The position numbers were made by a program, and so were the translations under genes. The notes beneath the pieces are model-generated. The model did not search any database. It saw only the letters and a list, made by a program, of their open reading frames with translations, and was not told the DNA's origin. DNA of 58,788 bases, counting the filler, from Basidiobolus ranarum (Eukaryota): NCBI GenBank assembly GCA_040143965.1. It is 8 parts of 8 records of this genome, joined end to end, with 100 filler letters (N's around TTAATTAATTAA, not from the genome) between each part and the next. Parts side by side here need not be neighbours in the genome. Positions count along the whole stretch, not along the records: positions 51,536 to 58,788 come from JASJQH010001155.1; 7 more parts are not named here. One strand, given 5' to 3'. Positions 51,537 to 58,788 of this stretch are shown here, one piece after another (position 1 is the stretch's first letter; each line of letters starts with the position of its first letter).

Positions 51537-51641
51537 TTCCATTATGTTCTTTCAATGGGTGCAGTATTTGCTTTATTTGCTGCTTTCTATTATTGGATCG
51601 GAAAAATCACTGGTCACACTTATAATGAACTATTAGGAAAG
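51537..51641 (+). pseudogene. cox1: Mitochondrial cox1 fragment (probable NUMT)
   Basis: Translates to [35 protein letters not shown], the conserved heme-ligand region of COX1, then loses similarity. Confidence 0.88.
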
Positions 51642-52881
51642 TGCACAAATCAATTCGGCAATATATATATATATCAACTATTTATCCGTCATTGATTCAC
51701 TGCAATTATGATTATCCAATATGAACATCTTGTGTGACATTCATTACTTTAATGAGATCAAGCAAGGTAAGACAATAGCTAGGGATTCATCACCATCACA
51801 ATCGTAATCAATTCGATCAACTCGATCATTTCAAGATTCCGTCATCCCTCTATTTTGCCTATATTTTGTGACAAATTCATTTATGAATACCGGTGCATGT
51901 CAAGTTATCCATATAGTGCTGCCATTCATGAGGGTACTGGCTGACATACATAGAGTAGACTCAACATAAGGCTCTACTGGGGATCAGTGCCAGAACCACA
52001 GCCGCTCTTTGGTTACTGATTTAATCAAATTGCCTTGAGGTTTGGGGCGCAAATCATCATTGTTGTTCATGAACGTGCTGGTGCCAGTGTATATGAGCGC
52101 TATGGACCACTAGTATTTCGATTTCTATAACAGTCTGGATAAAACCAGTGATGTGCGTGGCGCGTATGTACATGAGCTTTGAGTCAGATATACCGATATT
52201 TGCGAATCATGTCATCCATGGAGGGCTTCATGAACTGATCGAAGGGGGTGGATTCATCATGTTTGGGTATAATTATACTCCATCTGATGGATGCATGGCA
52301 GACTGCAGCATCCCCAAATGAGACTTGCTGTTGTGACGAACCTCAACCCACCTTATTTTGCCACGAATAGTGATATAATGTGAGGTGCGTGTTGTATGGG
52401 AACTCAGGATCTTCTGAGATGACCAAACCTGTATCCCACAAAAGCGGGAAAAGTTAATTAAATCCTCTTCATCAACAATGTAAGTAAAGCTTGTCTCACT
52501 TTTGCCATTCATTACATCATCCAAATAGCGCATTTTCGCGTATAATGCATTTCCTAAATGAGTAAGAATCTTGATCGGAGCTTGGAGATAAAAACCGGGA
52601 TTAACATTAAGTTTGGAGTTTGTGCTGTGATTGGTCAGTGCTCTAATTTGCCTCAATTCATTTAGTATCCGGTATGGTCACCATGGTTCGTCACTACCAG
52701 CGTAATATATTTAACCCAGCGCTTTGCTCACAATAACCGTTAACCCTCCAGTTTCCTGTAAAGTTCTCTAATTTAACCCTCTTTAACTGTAAATTCTTCC
52801 CATAACTCTTCTGAGTTTTCGTTTAATCTTTAACCCAACGATAACCAACATTTATAATTCACATTCCCCTAACTATACTTA

Positions 52882-55800
52882 ATGTCAGACTCAACTAGGT
52901 CTTCAACCTCCAATCAGTCCAAACACAATGGTGTGGATATCATGGAGAGCGTAAACTCACGCAGGCAGCGTTTGGAACGTAAATTGACTGAGTCTTATCA
53001 ACCAAACCTTAAACCCTATCTTCCTGTAAGATCAATTCAACGTTTGCGTTCGCAAACTGTTAGTGTCTCCACCAACACTACCTGTAATGAACCACATGTT
53101 CCCAAGAATCAATCATCCAAGAGATTCACTATGCCCTCGCCTGACTCAGCCATAGCTATGAAATCCAACAGCAATGATGACGAAGAAAGTACCAAATTGG
53201 TGGAGAGGATAAAGGGTATTTTTGAGCCTGAGTTGCCAAAGAAAGTAGTATGCAAAAAAGAATCTCATTCTCATGTGGTCCAAGAGGATATTTTGGATAC
53301 TCTTACCAATACTGATTACTTCTCTGAGCCTCCTACGCCAATTCCTGAGCCTTCTTATAATAGGTTGTCTGAAGAACCGCGAAGAACTCTTGAGACAAGA
53401 CCTTCCAACTTTGTGCATCCAAGAATCAATCACTTGTCAAAGGATGGTAACTTTACTCTTTTGGGTAATACCAGTGTGGAGACATTACCAAAGTACTCAT
53501 CAAAGCAAAAGTATGCTGAGGCTCGTAAGGAAAATGCCCCTGTGGTAGAGTATTCCGACGTGGATTCTGATTTTGAATCGAAGATGAACATTGCTCCACC
53601 ACCATCCTTACAGGAACCTTCAAGGATTGGCTGGATGCTGAGTAAAATCAAAAATCTTGGAAGACGTAGAACCACTACCAACATGGCGAGGAGTATCTTG
53701 AAAATATTTGTCGCCTTCTTTTTCGCTTCAGTTCTTTGTTTGGTTCATACAACAGCTCACGCGTTGGGTCCCTTGAACTTTTTAACTATCATGACTACGC
53801 TATTTTTCCATCCTGCACGTACTATTGGTGCGCAGCTGGAAAATACTGTTACGGGCTTAGTCGCTATTGGATTAGGTCTAGGATATACTTATATGGGGCT
53901 AGCATCGATCGCCTCTTATAATTCCCAATTAATTGACGTAAAGCAATCATTTGGCGGCCCATTAATCGCAGCTGCATACTTAATGTTTGGATCAGCTTTA
54001 ATCTCGTACATTCGTACTAGATTTGCTAGATTCTATACTGCGTGTATATATGCGCACATTATTATACTGATCGGACTAACTACTAACTTTCAAGTTGTGG
54101 GACTATCCTTCACGCCTTTATTGGATATTTTATATCCTTTGTTGGCCGGGTGTGGGATTGTCCTATTCGTTAATCTTACCGTGATGCCGGAAAGTGCAAC
54201 CAAGCAACTTGCTAATTCTAGTACGTCAGCCTTTTCCTTGTCCCATGATCTACTAGAACGCTGCAACGAACTCTTCTTGTTGCGATTAAACCCAGATATA
54301 TCTGCATTTGACCTGGAGCGTACTCGTACCAAGCTTCGCAGTGCCGTGATGGGTCTAAACCGCATTGGCAAGGATGCACAGTATGAAGTTTCCATCGGTA
54401 GATTTGCACCATCCGACTACACGTACGTTGGCGAGGCTATGACTACTATTAGTCAGAACCTTGGCAACATGCTATCGATCGCGTTCAAAGGAAATCAGTT
54501 GGATATATTCCCCACACGCCCATTCGTACCGGATACGGTCATTTTGAATATGGATCTGGATACGAAATCGATCTTATTTGACGAACAGTTGTATTTCTCT
54601 CTGATTGCCATAGTCTCTGAGCCAGTGAAGAGTCTAAACTCTGTAATAATATTGGCCTTGAAAGAAATTGAGAAGAATTTCGTGATGAACGTACCAGTCC
54701 CCGTGTTTGTCCCTATACCAGCCAAGGTGGAACCAATTGAAGGTAAATATGAAACTAATTGGTTCTTTTGTTCACTTTCAGCTGTATGCTTACCATTTCT
54801 TGTCGACACTAGATACTACTGAAGATATCTTCGGCCTTCTTCGTAAAGCCATCAATGATTTTGGCGCTATCGAGGTTACTTGCCTCCAAGCGATGAACAA
54901 GTTGGCTCCTGACGCAAAATCAAGCGAAGAATTGATGATGATCTTTAGTTATTTGGTGAACCTGCACGAAACTGCCCTCTCGGTGCTTGAATTGTATGAA
55001 TTCCATTTGGACGCATGTCGTAGACGAAACACTGATCGTCAGGTATGGTTACCAAAAGGAACCTTTTGGAAATGGTTGCTCACTTCACGCTGTGATGATC
55101 CACCCGCCTCAATTGCCACAGGTAATAATTTAATACTGTGATACATTGATTGCATACGACTCAATCTCTTTGAATGAATTAGATTTCTCTAATGGTAATA
55201 GGGAGCAAGTTTCTGACGGTAAAAATGCATTGGATCGGGCTAGAATTATGTTTAATCGCACTGTAAGGTCATTCGGAGGTAGAGAGTTTAAGTTCGCTCT
55301 CAAGATGGCTCTCACTTTGTTACTGGTGTCCTTACCTGGATTTATTGATACCACGTCTCCGTGGTACAAGGCCTCCCAGGGACACTGGGGTGTTCTAACT
55401 GTCATGGCCATTATGAACAGAAGCAGCGGAGTGTCCGTAAGTATTGGATTCTGGCGTCTTCTGAGCGCTTTGGTCGGATCGTTTTGGGGATATCTGGCTT
55501 GGATCAGCAGTCAAGGAAACATATATGTAGTGATGATATTCACTTATGTATTTGCATTCCCAAGTTTAGCCATCTTCATGAGCGGTCACAAAGGCTCTCT
55601 GGGTACAGTAGGTTTGATAAGCTTTATTGCTGTGCTGTACAGCATGTACAGCTCGGTCAAAGTGTTCTCTATACCGGTCACCGAATCTGCCCTAAAGATT
55701 GCTATGAATCAAGCAGCGAATATGATTTATGCACTCACCGTGTCACTGATCATCGATATGTTGATGTGGCCATACCTAGCCAGAGTGGAGTTACGTCGCC

Positions 55801-56429
55801 ACTTGGCCAAAGTATTCCACGAGTCAGGAGAAATATTCAATGGTATAATTCACCTGACCAACATAGGGAAACCGGAAGAGTCAAGTGAATTCTTTGAATA
55901 CCAAGATCGTATACAAGCTGGAGTCATGAAACTTCAACGAAGAATTGACAAAGCCGGCGTGTTACTTAATTTAGCAATTTCAGAGCGTACCCGGATAAGT
56001 GGAGGACCATATCCATCAGCTGATTATGCAGAGTTAATTTACTGCATTCAAAATATACTAGATGAGCTCAGTTGCCTAGGTAACTCTGAAGTTCAAATTC
56101 CCAAGTCATTGGGCCACGAAATTTTGCAGTCATTGGGCAATTCTAGAGAAGAGATTCGAAGCATCGTAAGACTCAACTTTTATGTTCTATCCAACGGCTA
56201 CCGTTATTCCACTCCGATTCCCAAGTTTCTCCCGTCTGCTTTAGCGGCACGTAGTAGGTTCATATCCGATTTACACCACATCAAGCCAACCTTAGGCTCG
56301 ACCAGTAATCTCCAATTTGCCTATTACTTGGCAGCTGCTTATAGTCTACAGGAGTTGGTCTTCGATCAAGATATGCTTACAAAATTATCGCAAGACTTAC
56401 TAGGAGTCTATGATGGAGGAAAACTCTAA
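52882..56429 (+). CDS. ArAE/FUSC (aromatic acid exporter/ALMT-related, Bre4-like) multi-pass membrane protein, 3 exons
   Basis: Two hydrophobic blocks: FFHPARTIGAQLE...VNLTVMPESAT, and FALKMAL...WGVLTVMAIM...GFWRLLSALVGSFWG...MWPYLARVELR. Introns ~54743-54812 and ~55122-55182 join three ORFs. Confidence 0.8.
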
Positions 56430-56899
56430 TTCTTTTGGGAATCTTTGGTGGGTTGATCATGCTCATTTATCTCACATGGGATTATTGAATACTCCATTAC
56501 TCTGCGAACATGATCGATAGTTTAATTAGTGAACATTGCGAATTCTTATTCGTACTATCAGCGATATCGTCATACTTTGTACATAGTTAATTTGTATTCC
56601 CCTCTCAATTTCATATCTCTATATCCTAGCTTTGACTCTTTACTGTGAACCAAAGTTTCTTAATAAATATTGAAGTCTGCTTGTTTGGAAGAACTATCAG
56701 CGTATATAACCCTTGGTTAACCAATGATTTCGACATTGAAGTATCAATCCATAGATATTCTTTACCTGAATCAACTCAACTGGAACGCATATTACTGCAC
56801 TACATCAAGCTCGTAGTACTCCCTCAATAAACTTCAGTCCAGTTTTGGTAAATACAATACTACCATACTCAACCTTCTATAATTCTTAGCTACTGAAGA

Positions 56900-58467
56900 A
56901 TTATAACAAGAAGGGACATTATGCTAGATATTGTCTTGAGAGAAAGTCAAAACAAGATCAGAAGACCTTCAACTCTATTGAGACTATGCAGAGTCATCCA
57001 ACAACTAAGAAGTAGAACCTGAGGCCACTTTGCTACAGACTGTCAGATATCTTTGCAATGTGAATGAGAACTCAGGAAGACTGTAATATCTACATGTAGT
57101 TAGCAATGGAACAACCACCAGAATAATGATCAACTCAGGAGCTTTGCAGGAGTAGATCACATTGCAGCTTATTAACACAGTTTGAAATTGTTCAGAACCT
57201 ACTCCAACCACCAAAGTTTCTACTGCAGATGGAGCAGCACACTCTAGATGTTAAATTACAAGTCCCTTGCTGACTACTATAGAACAATATCAGGATGACA
57301 TATAAGCTTACTTGTTTGAGTGATGTAAGTTTGATATAGATATTGGAAAGATAATGGACTTGTTCCATTGTGCCAGGATTTATTGGGCCTTTGATCAATA
57401 TATCAGAGTAAATGTGATTGAAATTGATTATGCCAAAGGGTGCTGGATAGTGTCAAATTATGCTGCATAAATTTTAGAGTACTTTATCCAATATGATATA
57501 TGCAGCACAATCTGGCACTATCACAGAGAACAAGTCCAATGCTATTTCAACATAACCCAAATATTGACTGGCAAACTCATGAAACTACTGTGACTAAATA
57601 AGGGAAGATTCTTCAGCTGACCCAAGCTAAAATGTAGTATAACCTGATCATGACTGGCATAAGAATGATAAGGCTGCCCATAACAGCAAGTTGACCTAAT
57701 CTTCCAGGAAGAATTAAGAAATGTTATAACAACTTTATAACAGGATAAGGAGTCAGAAGTTATCTCAAATACAATGACAGAAGTGTTGAAGGAATTATCT
57801 GATGTATTTCCAAAGAAATTGACAAAGCTTCCACCTGCCAGACAAGTGCATCATGCTATTACATAGGTGACTGTGAGCCTGTGTGCAAACTACCTTACCA
57901 TATGTGTCCCTTGGAGCTACAAGAAGTCCAGAAGCAGATTAACCAAGTATTGGAGAAAGCATTTATTAGACCAAGCAAGTAACAATGGTGATTACCAGTC
58001 TAGTTTGCTAAGAAGAATGATGATACACTCAGAATTTGTGTTGACTATAAACCTCTTAACTCAGTCATAGCAAAGAACCTAATTCATATCTCCAGGATAG
58101 AAGAGCTACTGGATTAACTTAATGAAGCCACAATCTTTAGCAAAATTGAGCCTGTGTCATGCTACAAGTAAATCCAAGTGATGGCCAAAGTTCTTGCAAA
58201 GACTGCTTTCAGATTATTTTGTGAGCACTATGGGCATCTTGCCATGAGTAATAGACTGATGAATGTACTAGCAACCTTTATACCATCAATGCAGAATGTC
58301 ATTGCCAAAGCACTTAGACTAGTTTGTCATTATTTACTTGTAAACACCCTTTTCTACAGTAAAAAGCAGGAAGAACAAGTGCAATATGTAAGGAAAGACT
58401 TGAAGAAAACAAAGCAAACCAACTCTATCAAAAACTTGGCAAGTGCAAACTCTTGAGGAGCAGGTGG
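56900..58467 (+). mobile_element. Degenerate Ty3/gypsy gag-pol remnant (second family); RT from ~57830
   Basis: ELQEVQKQI...FIRPS...KKNDDTLRICVDYKPLN...RIEELLD...KTAF gypsy RT motifs with stops and frameshifts; left boundary approximate. Confidence 0.75.
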
Positions 58468-58788
58468 CCCTAACAGAAATTTGAGGATTGTTATCATAGG
58501 AAAATTGTCACAATTTTAATCCATTTGGGACTGACCATTTACTTACAATCATAAAATTGTCAAGTTAGATTTGATTTTAATCAATTTTTTCAGTTTCAGG
58601 AGTGAAATTACAAGATCTTGCAAAATAGTTGCACATGATTGGCTACAATCTCAGAGAACTATGGATCAACACATGCACAAAAAACATAACTCAAATTTTA
58701 CACAATTACCACTTGAATGCTAATTTGTCACCTTTGAAATCCCTAGTCTCTTTGATATATTCTCCTGAATATTTTTATAGAGTTCTTC
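58468..58788 (-). mobile_element. Family D element, right end
   Basis: CCCTAACAGAAATTTGAGGATTGTT terminus inserted into the gypsy RT. Confidence 0.72.

Noticed and set aside
52273..52656. 127-aa minus-strand ORF upstream of the FUSC-like gene
   Set aside because: Non-ATG start and no recognisable motif or splice support.
53146..55888. Antisense and alternative-frame ORFs within the FUSC-like gene (also those opposite the bZIP and mucin-like genes)
   Set aside because: Shadow ORFs of real coding sequence, with no independent motifs.
56560..56900. Possible 5' LTR of the second gypsy family
   Set aside because: No second copy, TSD or PBS was found in the window to define its boundaries.

Overview
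Eukaryotic, intron-containing genomic DNA, most plausibly from a repeat-rich fungus (an early-diverging lineage is a guess; the species cannot be fixed from this window). The window is not one locus. It is eight unrelated short contigs (7275, 7273, 7267, 7259, 7254, 7254, 7253, 7253 bp, i.e. sorted by length) joined by artificial 100-nt N linkers carrying TTAATTAATTAA. Host genes: a GRAM-domain (Lam/Ysp2-like) protein; TRAPPC8/Trs85 flanked by two convergent Ser/Thr/Pro-rich GPI-type paralogues; an F-BAR Rgd2-like protein; Atp23; a SAM+HMG-box+AT-hook protein; TspO/MBR; a Cys-3/MetR-type bZIP; and an ArAE/FUSC-like membrane protein. About half of the window is decayed, nested, CpG-poor transposon DNA: three Ty1/copia families (my labels A, B, E; half-tRNAiMet-type PBS), a chromodomain Ty3/gypsy family (C) with a Tf1-like self-priming signature, a second gypsy family, a Tc1 end, a CACTA/CMC (tnp2) transposase remnant, and an abundant unclassified element (D) ending in CCCTAACAGAAATTTG with an unrecognised ORF. 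A short cox1 NUMT is also present. There is no CRISPR or prokaryotic system. Coordinates of decayed elements were read by eye and some are approximate.
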